64,000 bases of DNA from an uncultured Planctomycetaceae bacterium (GTDB lineage Bacteria > Planctomycetota > Planctomycetia > Pirellulales > PALSA-1355): positions 1,696,001 to 1,760,000 of the forward strand of contig CAWAUV010000007.1 in assembly GCA_963785305.1 (NCBI GenBank), read 5' to 3'. Below are positions 44,405 through 55,410 of this stretch, piece by piece (the first letter of the stretch is position 1; the number at the start of each line of letters is the position of its first letter). A program made the translations under genes and the position numbers. The notes under the pieces were generated by a model, which was not told the DNA's origin, made no database searches, and saw only the letters and a program-made list of their open reading frames with translations.

Positions 44405-46463
44405 ACGCACGATCCGCGTGTTGATGGTCGACGACGACGAAGACGACTATGTCTTCGCGCGCGAGCTATTCAACGACCTGGGCGCCGAGATTTCACTCGA
44501 ATGGGTTTCGTCGTTCGAGGCCGCGCTCGCGGCGCTGGCCGAGGGGCGACACGATGTCTGCCTACTCGACTATCAATTGGGCCGCCATACGGGGCTCGAT
44601 CTCTTGAAACTCGCCGTGGCCCGGGGCAACGCCACGCCGATCATTTTTCTCAGCGGCCAAGCCAGCCGCGAGGTGGATATGCAGGCGATGCAGGCCGGCG
44701 CCGCCGACTTTCTCGTCAAGGGCGCGATCACCGCCGCCACGCTCGAACGCTCGATTCGCTACACTCTCCAGCAGCGCCGGCATGAAGAAGCCCTCCGCAA
44801 GAGCCGCGATTTGCTCGAAGATCGCGTGCGCGAGCGCACCGCGGCCCTCGAGGCCGAAATCGCCGAACGCGAGCGAGTCGAAGCCGCGCTCCGCCGCGCC
44901 GATCAACACAAAAACGAATTCCTCGCCATGCTCGGCCATGAGCTGCGAAACCCGCTCAGCGTGATCAGCGCCGGGCTCGGAATTCTCGAGGGCGAGCCCG
45001 AGCCCGATGAGCGGCAATCCACCATGGCGACCATGCAACGGCAGGTCAGCCAATTCACGCGCTTGCTCGACGATCTGCTCGATGTGTCGCGGATCATCAG
45101 CGGCAAAATCTCGCTACGGCCCGAGGTCGTATCGCTCACCGCCGCGGTGGAAGAAGCCCTGACGGCGGTCAAACCGATCGTCGGCGAACGCCGCGCCGAT
45201 ATTCGCGTCGAACTGCCGGACCACGATGTTTCGCTCTGGGCCGATCGGGCACGCATCCAGCAAGTGTTGCTCAACCTGCTGGTCAACGCCGCCAAATACA
45301 GTGATCCGGGCACTCCCATCTTGCTGCGGGCCGAGTGCGACGACCGCTTCGTGAACCTTTCGGTCCGCGACCAGGGGCTCGGCATGACAACCGAGATGCA
45401 GCAGCGCGTGTTCGATCTCTTTGCCCAGGCCGACACGAGTCTCGATCGCTCGCGGGGCGGGCTCGGGGTGGGGCTGACCCTGGTGCGGCGACTCGTGGAA
45501 CTGCATCAAGGAACGATCGCGGTGCATAGCGATGGCATCGGCGCCGGCTCGAACTTCACGCTGCGATTGCCGATCAGCGCCGCGGCCATCGCGCGGGCCG
45601 CGCGAACCGCACCCGGCAACTCCACTCGCGCGGATTCACTCCGTGTATTGGTGGTCGACGACAATTATGATCTCGCGGCCGGTATCGCCTTGCAACTGAC
45701 GCGGGCCGGTTACCGAGTCTCGGCCGCGCACGATGGCGAAGCCGCGCTCGAAAAGGCCGTGGCCGAGCAACCCGAGGCGATGCTGATCGACATCGGCCTG
45801 CCGAAGATCGATGGGTATGAAGTGGCGACCCGACTGCGGCGCATGCCTCGGTTTCGGCACGCCCTGCTCGTGGCCGTGAGCGGTTATGGTCAGCCGGAAG
45901 ACCATGCCCAGTCGATGAGGGCGGGCTTCGACAAACATCTGGTCAAGCCGGTCGACTTTCGCGAGATCCGCCAAACGCTAGAAGATTATGCCCGGGCGCG
46001 AGCCATGTCGACCTCGGCCGAGCGCCCGCGGGCAACGGCGTCGCCGCCGCGAAGCCCGAGGCCGCCGACGCGACGAACGCTCGGCGACAGAAGCTACGCG
46101 CTTGTGGTCGATGATCGCAACGACTCGCTGCTGGTCAACGCCGCCATGCTGCGGCAATTGGGCTGGCGCGTGCTCACCGCCTCCGAGGGCAGCGCCGCGG
46201 TGGCCTTGGCCGTGGCCAACACGCCCGAGGTGGTGATTAGCGACTTGAACCTGGGCGGCGGCATGAGCGGATGCGACGTGGCCCGCGCGATCCGGGGCGA
46301 AGCCGCGCTCAACGGCACGCTGCTCGTGGCCTATAGCGGCTACGATGCCCGCGAGCGGGGCGAGGAAGCGCGAGCCGCCGGCTTCGATCGTTTTCTCACC
46401 AAGCCGGTCGACATTCGCAAGCTGGCCGCGACGATCGAGCTGTTCGACAGCGAAGTCCGCTGA
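44385..46463 (+). CDS. Hybrid histidine kinase (REC-HisKA-HATPase-REC-REC)
   Basis: VDDDEDD/LLDYQL, GHELRNPL, NAAKY, GGLGVGL, two C-terminal receivers. Confidence 0.93.
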   Translation: MLSPPSERTIRVLMVDDDEDDYVFARELFNDLGAEISLEWVSSFEAALAALAEGRHDVCLLDYQLGRHTGLDLLKLAVARGNATPIIFLSGQASREVDMQAMQAGAADFLVKGAITAATLERSIRYTLQQRRHEEALRKSRDLLEDRVRERTAALEAEIAERERVEAALRRADQHKNEFLAMLGHELRNPLSVISAGLGILEGEPEPDERQSTMATMQRQVSQFTRLLDDLLDVSRIISGKISLRPEVVSLTAAVEEALTAVKPIVGERRADIRVELPDHDVSLWADRARIQQVLLNLLVNAAKYSDPGTPILLRAECDDRFVNLSVRDQGLGMTTEMQQRVFDLFAQADTSLDRSRGGLGVGLTLVRRLVELHQGTIAVHSDGIGAGSNFTLRLPISAAAIARAARTAPGNSTRADSLRVLVVDDNYDLAAGIALQLTRAGYRVSAAHDGEAALEKAVAEQPEAMLIDIGLPKIDGYEVATRLRRMPRFRHALLVAVSGYGQPEDHAQSMRAGFDKHLVKPVDFREIRQTLEDYARARAMSTSAERPRATASPPRSPRPPTRRTLGDRSYALVVDDRNDSLLVNAAMLRQLGWRVLTASEGSAAVALAVANTPEVVISDLNLGGGMSGCDVARAIRGEAALNGTLLVAYSGYDARERGEEARAAGFDRFLTKPVDIRKLAATIELFDSEVR

Positions 46464-46485
46464 CGAGGGAAGTCCGCTGACGAGG
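46452..46485 (+). repeat. 17-bp tandem duplication over the stop codon
   Basis: GAAGTCCGCTGACGAGG twice. Confidence 0.85.
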
Positions 46486-46531
46486 CTCGCGGCGCGCCGA
46501 CTCGGGGATCGTCCACGAGATCCGTGAGCGC

Positions 46532-48562
46532 TCACGAAGTCGCTCGCCGCGGACCTTCGGCGATTTCATAGCGGCGGATCTTGCGATCGAGCGTCGAGCG
46601 TTCGATGCCGAGCTGGAGCGCCGCTTGGCTTTTGTTCCATCCCGTGGCCACGAGCGTGGCCAGGATGTGGGCCCTTTCCATGTCGGCCAGCGACGACGGC
46701 TGAAACGGCGCGGCGGCCGGCGGTCCATCGACGCTATCGCCGGCCGTGGCGAGCTGGCTGAGCGTGAGGTCGTCGGCGTCGAGATAGTCGCCTCGCGACA
46801 GCACCACGGCCCGTTCGACCACGTTCTTGAGCTCGCGCACATTGCCGGGCCAGCGATATTGCCGCATGCGTTCGAGCGCGCGCTCGGTGTACCCGCGAAG
46901 CTTGCGGCCGGTTTCGGCGTTGAACTTTTGCAGGAAATATTCGGCGAGCTCGGCGATGTCGTCGGGCCGCTTGCGCAAGGGGGGCACGAGGATTTCGATC
47001 ACACGAAGTCGAAAATATAGGTCGCGGCGGAAGCGGCCCTCGGCCACGTCTTTTTCCAAATCGCGATTCGTGGCGGCGATCACGCGCACATCGACCTTCA
47101 CCGTTTGCGCCCCGCCGACGCGCTCGAACGGATGCCCTTCGAGCACTCGGAGAAACTTGGCCTGAATCGCGGGGCTCATCTCGCCGATCTCGTCGAGCAT
47201 GAGCGTGCCTTTGTCGGCGGCTTCGAATTTGCCGATCTTTCGCTGCGTGGCGCCGGTGAATGCGCCTTGCTCATGGCCAAACAGCTCGCTAGCCAGCAGA
47301 CTTCGCGACAACGCCGCGCAGTTGAGGCACACGAAGGGGCCCTTGCGGCGCGGGCTCGAGAAATGCACCGCTCGGGCCACCAGTTCCTTGCCCACTCCGC
47401 TTTCGCCGCGCACCAGAACCGTGGCCCGGCTCGGCGCGGCGCGGGCGATCTCTTGCGCCACGGTGTTCATGATCGCGCTCGAGCCCACGATCTCGCTCTG
47501 CACTCCGAGCCGCTCGCGAAGCTGCAGGTTCTCGTCGCGCACCCGAGAATAGTTTTCCGCCAGTTCCTGGCGCCGGCTGAGATTTTCGAGCGCCACGCCC
47601 AGGGTCTCGGCCACGGCGAGCGTGAATTCGAGATCGTCGGGGTCGAGCAGCACGTCTTCGTGGGTCGAGTAGAGATGCACCAGACCCAGCGGCGAGCCCG
47701 CGTTGCGAATCGGTGCGCAGATCACGCTGGTCGTATGGACGACACCCTTGCTGTCGCGGCTGCCGAGCGTGCTGTCGCCCATCACATTGCGGGCCAGCAC
47801 CGCCTCGCCCTCGCGGAGTACGGTCGAGGCCACGAAGCTCGACAGTCGGCTGTAGGGCAGATCGGTCTTGGTCCGCGAAGCGAGCACATCGAGCGCGGCG
47901 GGTGTCGGCTCTTTCCCTTTATCTCGCGCGAGGGCAAATACCGCGCCGCCATCGACTCGGAGGCTGGCAAAGAGCCCGGCGAGCGCCTGCTGGGCGAGGG
48001 TTTTCGTGTCGCCGGCCTTGGCCAACTCGAAAGCCAGCCGGCACAGTCGCGCCGCGGCCTTGCCCACTTTGGGCGTGCCGGCGTCGTCTTCCTCGCCGCG
48101 CGGGCGGAGATAACGGGTTTGACCGCGGCGATGCGTGATCGTGGCCGAGGGCGATTCTTCATCGCCCAACACGCTCGAGTCGTCGATATCGACCGGCCCC
48201 GCGACGGTCTCCTCGTTGTCGACGCCGCGAATTCGGCCCGCTCCCGGATCGGGAAACGCCTGCGAGAGCTCATGCACGAACGCGAGTTGGCACTGGCCGA
48301 TGCGGATCACTTCGCCGGGTTCGAGCGGATGATCGCCGCGCACGATCGCGTCGCCCACGGTGGTGCCGTTGCGGCTCTCGAGATCGCGGAGCGTCCACTG
48401 GCCTTGGGAGAGAAACAACTCGGCGTGGCATCGGCTACAGCGTTCGTCCTTGATGACGATTTGATTCGTCGGCGCACGACCAATCGTGGTGGCGGCGCCG
48501 GGGACGAGTCGAAACACGTCGGTCCATTTGCCGCCTTCGCGGATCACGAGATAGGCTAACAT
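46532..48562 (-). CDS. Sigma-54-dependent activator with FHA and GAF domains
   Basis: [15 protein letters not shown] (FHA), [25 protein letters not shown], Fis-type HTH. Confidence 0.95.
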   Translation of the reverse strand: MLAYLVIREGGKWTDVFRLVPGAATTIGRAPTNQIVIKDERCSRCHAELFLSQGQWTLRDLESRNGTTVGDAIVRGDHPLEPGEVIRIGQCQLAFVHELSQAFPDPGAGRIRGVDNEETVAGPVDIDDSSVLGDEESPSATITHRRGQTRYLRPRGEEDDAGTPKVGKAAARLCRLAFELAKAGDTKTLAQQALAGLFASLRVDGGAVFALARDKGKEPTPAALDVLASRTKTDLPYSRLSSFVASTVLREGEAVLARNVMGDSTLGSRDSKGVVHTTSVICAPIRNAGSPLGLVHLYSTHEDVLLDPDDLEFTLAVAETLGVALENLSRRQELAENYSRVRDENLQLRERLGVQSEIVGSSAIMNTVAQEIARAAPSRATVLVRGESGVGKELVARAVHFSSPRRKGPFVCLNCAALSRSLLASELFGHEQGAFTGATQRKIGKFEAADKGTLMLDEIGEMSPAIQAKFLRVLEGHPFERVGGAQTVKVDVRVIAATNRDLEKDVAEGRFRRDLYFRLRVIEILVPPLRKRPDDIAELAEYFLQKFNAETGRKLRGYTERALERMRQYRWPGNVRELKNVVERAVVLSRGDYLDADDLTLSQLATAGDSVDGPPAAAPFQPSSLADMERAHILATLVATGWNKSQAALQLGIERSTLDRKIRRYEIAEGPRRATS

Positions 48563-48684
48563 GCACTGCCAATTGCCAAGGCGTGGGAGATGAAGCGGCG
48601 CGAACGGCGAACGAATAGCCCGAAAATACCTTCCTTCACCTTACAATCGTCGGCAACGGCTTCGCAAGTGGCCCCGGAGCGGGT

Positions 48685-49935
48685 CAGGGCCAATCATTGT
48701 TCTAGTCTAGCGGAAGTCTCCCGCGTAGGATGAGTGTGTACGTGCGTCCACTCACCTTCATTCTGCTGGAGATGCTTGCATGGCGACTGCCGAAGCAACG
48801 AGTCTGCTCGATTTCTTGTCGCGGATTCCCGATCCTCGTGGGCGGCGGGGGCGACGCTTTTCGCTCTCGGCCATGATGGCCACCGTGGTTTGCGGAATCC
48901 TTTGCGGCCACCGAGGTTACAAGGCGATCGCCGATTGGATCGCGTCGCAGGACCGAAAAATCTGGTGGTTGCTGGGCTATTGGCGCAAGCCTCCTTGCGC
49001 CAATGCCTTCCGTGATCTGATCCTGGCCCTCGACCCCGTGATTTTAGAGCAGTGCGTGCGAGAATGGGTCGAGTCGCAACTGGGCGAGGTTGTGGATGAG
49101 GCAAAGTTGTCCGCCGTCGCGATGGATGGCAAGTCCCTGTGCGGAGTGCTGAACGCGCACGGACGGACGGCCCATCTGCTGTCCTTGTACGACCAAGAAA
49201 CCGGCTATGTCTTGAGTCAAATGGAAGTCGATGGCAAGACCAACGAGATCACCGCCGCGCCGGAACTCTTGGAAACGATCGTCTTGAAAGGCCGCGTCAT
49301 CACGGGCGACGCCCTGCTGTGTCAGCGCGAGATCTGCCAGAAAATCATCGACGGCGGCGGGCATTATCTCCTGGTGGTCAAAGACAATCAGCCGACTCTA
49401 ATGCAGGCCATCGCCGCCGAGTTCGAGCCGGCCTTTTCCCCCCTATAACGAGAAGCAACGCCAATCCCATCTCGATGTCGCCGAAACGTTGAACAAGGGA
49501 CACGGCCGGCGAGAACATCGCTCTCTGCAAGCTTCGACCCGGTTGGCGAAGCACTTGGATTGGCCCGGCCTGGAGCAGGTCTGCCGACTCGACCGCACGA
49601 CCTGGCGCAAGGGCATTCAGACCCACGAAGTGGCGTATGCCATTTCCAGCGCGCCACGACCCAAAGGCTCGGCCGCCGACCTGCTGGGCTGGTGGCGCGG
49701 GCACTGGGGCATCGAAAACAAGTCCCACTGGGTTCGCGACGTGGTTCTGGGCGAGGACGCCTGCCGAATCCGCAAGGGCAGCGCGCCCCAGGCGTTCAGC
49801 ACGCTCCGCAATGCGGGCCTTACCCTCCTACGATCGCTAGGCTGCACCCAAATCGCCCAAACTCTGCGAGAAAACGCCGCCCGAGTCGACCGCCTCCTCA
49901 CCAGACTCGGCATCTTGAAAGAATGAGCGACCCTG
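48685..49935 (+). mobile_element. ISAs1-family insertion sequence with 9-bp target-site duplication
   Basis: Ends CAGGGCCAATCATT and AATGAGCGACCCTG; GGAGCGGGT at 48676-48684 and 49936-49944. Confidence 0.93.
48780..49926 (+). CDS. ISAs1 transposase, split at TTTTCCCCCC (about 49434-49443)
   Basis: IPDPRG, AMDGKSL, KTNEI, TGDALLCQ, VKDNQPTL; GHGRRE, RGHWGIENKSHWVRDVVLGED. Confidence 0.93.
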
Positions 49936-50134
49936 GGAGCGGGTAGTCTCGCAATGCCGCGTCGCGGCGCGACCGGTTCCGGCGGCTAGCCTTCGTCCAG
50001 CGAGCGGCATACGGCGGATTCTATCCGAGTCGCGGCGATTCAACACGGCCACTTCTCGTTTTCGTCGACCGGCGACTGGAACGAGCGCGTTACCGATCGC
50101 GTTCAATCCCTCGCGCATCAGCGTGGGCTCGGTT

Positions 50135-51193
50135 TCAGAAGGCGCTTTGGTCGAGCGATTGTCCGTCGCGACGGTTGGCTAGGCGGCGGTGGACTTCCGG
50201 CGAGATCGCGTAGGAAATCGGCCGGACCGACCCGTCGCACAGGGCCGCGTTCCATGTCGTGGCATGCGCGCTGCCGAAGGAATAGTAGTTATAGAAGCCG
50301 GGCGTGTCGGGAATCGGCGGGATATAGCCGCTCGCACTGTTGCCGCTCCAGCGGTTCATGTCCAAGTCGTCGCCCCCGTACATGCATTCATTGTCGCCCC
50401 AGTCGACGCCGTTGGAATAGTTGCTCGGCTCGAGATATTTCTCGCCCACGAGATAGGTATTGGTTAGTCCGTCGGTGATCGCGGCCGCGGGAATCCAGGC
50501 GTGGGCTAGCGACACGCCGAAGAATGTCCAGGCGCCGTTGGATGTCGCGGCGGGCCAAGAATTGGTGGCCGCCGCGGCAATGCTGCTCGGCCCGGCGCCG
50601 ACACTGATGAATTGCTCGCCGCCATTGATCACGAAATCGCCTCGGGCGCACATCGGCGTTGGATTGGCATAGATGAACGAGGGGTTGATATAGGGGCCGG
50701 TGGTCACCAGCCCGATCGGTCGGCGCGTCGGGCAGTTCATCACGCCCAGCGGCGTGTTCACGCGGAGCGAAATGCCGGTGGCCAAGGCCGAAAGGTTCTT
50801 GGGATAGTTGCCCGCGTCGACATCATGCAAGGCTTGTTGGTCGATGTAGGGCAGGATGTTATACAGCCACCCGCCGGGCTGATTGGGCCCGGCGCCCTGA
50901 TCGGCGACGCCGGCCCAGGTGTAACCCCAGCCGCCGGGCGGGAAGTAGCCGAGGTTGCTCTCATGTTGACAGCAGCCGAGAGCAAGCTGCTTGAGATTGT
51001 TGGCGCAGATATTGCGACGCCCCGACTCGCGAGCCGCCTGCACGGCGGGCAAGAGCAGCGCGACGAGAATGCCGATGATCGTAATCACGACCAAGAGCTC
51101 GACGAGCGTGAAGGCGCTTCGCTCGGCGACGCGGCGCGTGGCGTTGCTTGCCGCCATCGCGCTCGCCGTTTGCCGGTCCCGCGCCTTCCTCAT
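50135..51193 (-). CDS. DUF1559 prepilin-type N-terminal cleavage domain protein
   Basis: [54 protein letters not shown]...CDGSV. Confidence 0.95.
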   Translation of the reverse strand: MRKARDRQTASAMAASNATRRVAERSAFTLVELLVVITIIGILVALLLPAVQAARESGRRNICANNLKQLALGCCQHESNLGYFPPGGWGYTWAGVADQGAGPNQPGGWLYNILPYIDQQALHDVDAGNYPKNLSALATGISLRVNTPLGVMNCPTRRPIGLVTTGPYINPSFIYANPTPMCARGDFVINGGEQFISVGAGPSSIAAAATNSWPAATSNGAWTFFGVSLAHAWIPAAAITDGLTNTYLVGEKYLEPSNYSNGVDWGDNECMYGGDDLDMNRWSGNSASGYIPPIPDTPGFYNYYSFGSAHATTWNAALCDGSVRPISYAISPEVHRRLANRRDGQSLDQSAF

Positions 51194-51300
51194 GCTGATT
51201 CCTCGCTCGAAGGTCTCTGTCGGAAGACTTGCGACGCCGACAAACGCCAACAATTCGTCGATGGCGCGCGCCGGCGGCCGATGATTGCGTTGGCCCAGGG

Positions 51301-51861
51301 TCACCGCGGCTGCCAAGCGGTTCCGTTCCAGATTAGCCAACCGCCCGGCGATTGCCAGTACCACCAGCGGTCGCGGAAGTAGCGGTACCGCCATGCGTCG
51401 GGGCGGTCCTGGAGTTGGTTCCCCGCGGCGCTCGGCGAATCGTGGCGGAATCGCGGCAAGATCAGGTCTTGCAGGCCCGCGGCGCTTGAGCCCAGTGTTT
51501 GTTGACTCGACTCGCGGTCGCGCGGCGCGAGGCCCGCGCCGAAGTCGCTCGTGGTGGGAAAACGCAAACCCGCGGGCCCGGCGCCGCCAGCGCCGGGCCA
51601 CGCCGGCGGCATCGCCGGGCGAGGTTCAAGACGCGAGGCGCCCAAGTTGCCGCGCAGGTTGCCGCCTGTCAGGTCCAGATCGCCGCCGCGCGCTCCACTC
51701 ACGTCGATAGTGCCGTTGGCGCTCGTTTGCACATCGGTGCGCGGGCCGATTCCCACGGGGCCGGGCACAAGTGGGTCGCTGCCCGGCGCTTGGGCCCACG
51801 TGATCGCCGGGGCGCTCAACGCTCCGGCCAAAATAATCGCGATCCAAGGTCGCATGCTCAT
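51301..51861 (-). CDS. Secreted hypothetical protein with Trp-rich C-terminus
   Basis: Signal peptide; [27 protein letters not shown]. Confidence 0.7.
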   Translation of the reverse strand: MSMRPWIAIILAGALSAPAITWAQAPGSDPLVPGPVGIGPRTDVQTSANGTIDVSGARGGDLDLTGGNLRGNLGASRLEPRPAMPPAWPGAGGAGPAGLRFPTTSDFGAGLAPRDRESSQQTLGSSAAGLQDLILPRFRHDSPSAAGNQLQDRPDAWRYRYFRDRWWYWQSPGGWLIWNGTAWQPR

Positions 51862-51977
51862 GGGATGGTCTCAGGGGTCGAAGGCGCCGCGGGGATCGCC
51901 TCGCTCGTCGCGCGTCGATCGCGCGACATTATTGTATGCGCCGCCGCGCTGACTTGAAACGCGATCGGGCGCTACAT

Positions 51978-53685
51978 TCACGATCCCACCGGCGGCGGCA
52001 GGGCCTCGGGCCGGGCCGCCGGTTGTTTCCGCGGGGGCGATATCGCGGGCGAGGGCGGCGGCGGCGGAACCGGCGCCGCCCTCGGCAACGACGCCAATCG
52101 CTCGGGTGGCAGGCCGGTTGTTTGCGTGACCGCGGAGGCGGCTTGCGCGACTTCATTGAACAGGTCGAGCGATGCCCGTTCGTCGGCGAGCAAGTTGTTT
52201 TGCACCGTGAGCACATTCACGATATCCAGCTTGCCGGCCTGGTACTGGGCAATGGCCTGATCGAGCTCCGTGGCCCGGGTCGACTCCGCTTCGGCCGCGG
52301 CTTGGGCGGCGAAGGCGCGGGCCCGGTCGTAGCGCTCGATGGCGGCGGCGGCTTCGTTGGCGGCGCGGCGGCGCAACTGGGAGTGCGCGAGCGTCTGTTG
52401 GCGCAATTCGGCTTCGCGCTGCGAGACAAGCATCGCCCCGTTGTTGAACACCCCGAAATCGCGCTGCAAGCGCAGGCCCAAATACCGGGTGCCGTCGTCG
52501 GCGGTTTCATAGATCGGGCCGGCCTGCACATCTTGAATGCGGGCCGAGCGCGCCAAGCTCAGATTCGCGTCGGCCACGGCCGCCGCGCTGCGGGCCGCCA
52601 TCACATCGGGGCGTGATTCGGCCAATTCGCCGGCCAGCGTCGTCGCGTCGAGTTCCACGCCGGGGTTGATGTGACAATAGGCTTCGGAAGCCGATCGCCA
52701 CTCGAAGTGGGCGAGGTTTCCGCCGAGCATCAGCGGTGTGTTCGGCGGAAGGCCCATCTGTTGCTTGAGCGAAAGGAGGGCTGTTTGATACGTGGCGTCG
52801 GCCAGTTGGCGCTGGCGGCGAGCTTGCCGGGCCGCGACACGGGCGTTGCTCACTTCGATCGAAGTGGCGAGGCCCGATTGGAATCGCCGGCCCACGATGT
52901 CGGCCATGTGATCGGCCAGCGTTTCCGCGTCGGCGGCGAGCTCGAGCAGTTGGCGTTGATAGAGCGCGGTGAAGTACAGCCGCTCGGTGAGCGCGATATT
53001 GTTCAGCTCGGCCAGTCGCACATTCCAGCGCACCTGGCCAAAGGCGGCGAGCGCGCTTTGTTTGCGGTGCATCCGTTGATGGCCGAGCTCGAAGCGTTGC
53101 ATGAGCCAGACATAGTAGTTCGACTGGCCCGCGCCGCCGCCCGGGGTAGTCGAGGGACTATAGGGAGCGCCATTGGGAAAGAATTGAGCCTGCACGAACG
53201 GGTTCCAGGGATACACGCTCGCCGTGTCGACCATCGAGGAGCTCACGTTGATCGTGCCCCGAACCGTGACCAAGTCGGGGTTTTGCGTCAGCGACACCGC
53301 GAGCACCGCGCCGAGCGAAAGCGATTCGGGCGATTCGGCCGCGGGCGCTCTGGCGGCGCCGGAAGCAAGTCGCATTTGCGCCGGGCGGTGGCGGAGAATC
53401 GCCCGCGGCCTCTTGGGCCGAGGCGAGCACAACCCCCGAATGCTCGTCGGTCCGCGCCTTGGTGGTCGCGGGCTCGGCCATCGACTGGGCGGCGTTTGGG
53501 CTCGCGGCGAGTTGGATTGGCATCGGAGTCGAGGGATTTGTCGGTGGCGTCGGAGCCGGCGATTGTTGGATGGCGACTCCGCCGGCGACGCCCATGCTTG
53601 CCGCGCCGCGCACGGTCGCGGGCGGGCCCGATTGGCAGCCTCCACCCGCCAAGACCAGCAGTAGCAGGATCGGTCGATGGTTCAC
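51978..53685 (-). CDS. TolC-family outer-membrane efflux lipoprotein; indel near 53380
   Basis: Lipobox LAGGGC, QNPDL, ESRPDV, two OEP-like helical repeats. Confidence 0.88.
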
Positions 53686-54037
53686 GTCGGTTGCAACCTG
53701 GATATCCGGGAGGACGGTGAACGCCGCGGCGCGGCATCCCCATTTGGCGGGGAGATCAAAACGCGGGAGGTCAAAAGGCAGGCGCCAAAAAAACGCGGAA
53801 TCCGGCGGGGCCTCTGGGCCGGCCATGGCCGGCGCCAAGCGGAACTTAGCCAAAAGCAGCACAAGACTCGCTGCCCTCAGATTGAGATTCGGCAGAGCGA
53901 CCGCCCATTTCGTGTTAGAAAGTTGCGTTAGGAAAAAGTTACGCAGCTTGACTTACCCGGCCCGTTGGCCGTATTTGTAGAAGATTGTTTCGGCCCGCCG
54001 CCCGTTTTTTCGCGCCCTCCTGCCCGAGTCTTCCTTA

Positions 54038-55410
54038 ATGCCGCTACGATCGTTATCAGCGCTCCTCCCGGAGGCGCTCCGCCGAGCCCTGGGAGTCGCG
54101 TCGCTCAGCATTTTAACGCTGGGCTGTGGGCATGCCGAACCTGCCGGAGGGGCCGGTCATGCCGAAGATGCCGAACATGTCGAGGCCGACCCGGTGGCGG
54201 TGCGGACCGCGCCGGCCGAACGGCGCGATCTCGAGCACACCGTGATCGGTATCGGCCGCTGCGAAGCGCTGCCGAAGAAGTTCGCCACGCTTACTCCCGC
54301 CGTCGCCGGCCAGATCGCCAAGCTGCATAAAGAGGTCGGCGAGCGAGTCGAGCGCGACGAAGTGATCGCGGAGCTCGACCCACAAATCGCCGCCGCGGAC
54401 TTGGCTGAAAAGTCGGCCTTGCGCGACACGCTCGCCGCGGCACTCGATCTGCTCGTCGCTCCGCCCCGGCCGGAGGATCGCAAGGGCCTCGAGCTCACCG
54501 TGGCGCAGGCCAAGGCCAGCGTGGAGCGGACCAACGCCGCGCTCGAGCGACTCCGCCCGCTGCGCCGCGCGGCGAAGTTTCCGAAGCGCATTTTTACGAA
54601 GGCGAACAAGCCCTCCTTCAGGCCAAGCTCCAGCAAGAGCAGGCCGAGAGCCAATTGAACTTGCTGCTCGCCGGACCGCGACCGCAGGCCGTGGCCGAAG
54701 CCAAGGCGCGGCTCGCCGCCGCGGCCGAAGCGGTGTCGCTCTCGCGGGAAAATTTGAAATTGCATCAGATACGGTCGCCGATCGAGGGCGTGCTCGATAG
54801 CCTCGCCTGCCATCCCGGACAAACGATCGCCGCCGGCGTCGCGATCGGCGAAGTGGTCGACACGCGGCAACTGCATATCGTCGCATGGCTGCCGGCCGAG
54901 TCGGCGTCGCAAGTGCGCGCGGGACAGCCGGCGCGGGTCGTCAAGGATATCTCGCTCGAAGGCGGCGAGCCGAGCCGAATGTCCGAATCGGGCGAAGCGC
55001 CGAGCGACTCGTGCGCCACCGTGGCGTCGGTCGGTCAGGTCGTCGATCCTCAGACCGGCAATGTGCCGGCGCGGGTGCTGATCGAGAACCCCGAGCAGCG
55101 GATCGCCATCGGGCAAATTTTGGGCGTTGTGATCGTGGTGGCGACCCAAGCCGATGAGCTCGCGGTGCCGACCGCCGCGATTCTCGACCTGGGCGAAGGC
55201 CCGCTCGTGCTCGTGGTGCGCGAAGGCAAGGCGGTGCAGTTGCATCCGGCCTCGATCGATCAGCGCGGCGCGTGGACCGCGGTTTCGGGAATCGATCTGA
55301 AGCCCGGCGAGCCGGTGGTGATCGAAGGTGGTTACAACCTGCCCGACGGAGCCAAGGTCGAAACGACCGATCTCACGCAAGCGTCGTCGGGCGCCGGGAG
55401 CGCGCGATGA
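54038..55410 (+). CDS. RND efflux membrane-fusion (adaptor) protein; indel near 54570
   Basis: Lipobox LTLGC, AVAGQI..VGERV, IRSPIEG, VDPQTG, AVPTAAI. Confidence 0.9.

Noticed and set aside
48562..48582. Sigma-54 promoter-like TGGCA...TGC near the activator start
   Set aside because: The GG-GC spacing is wrong and the motif abuts the start codon
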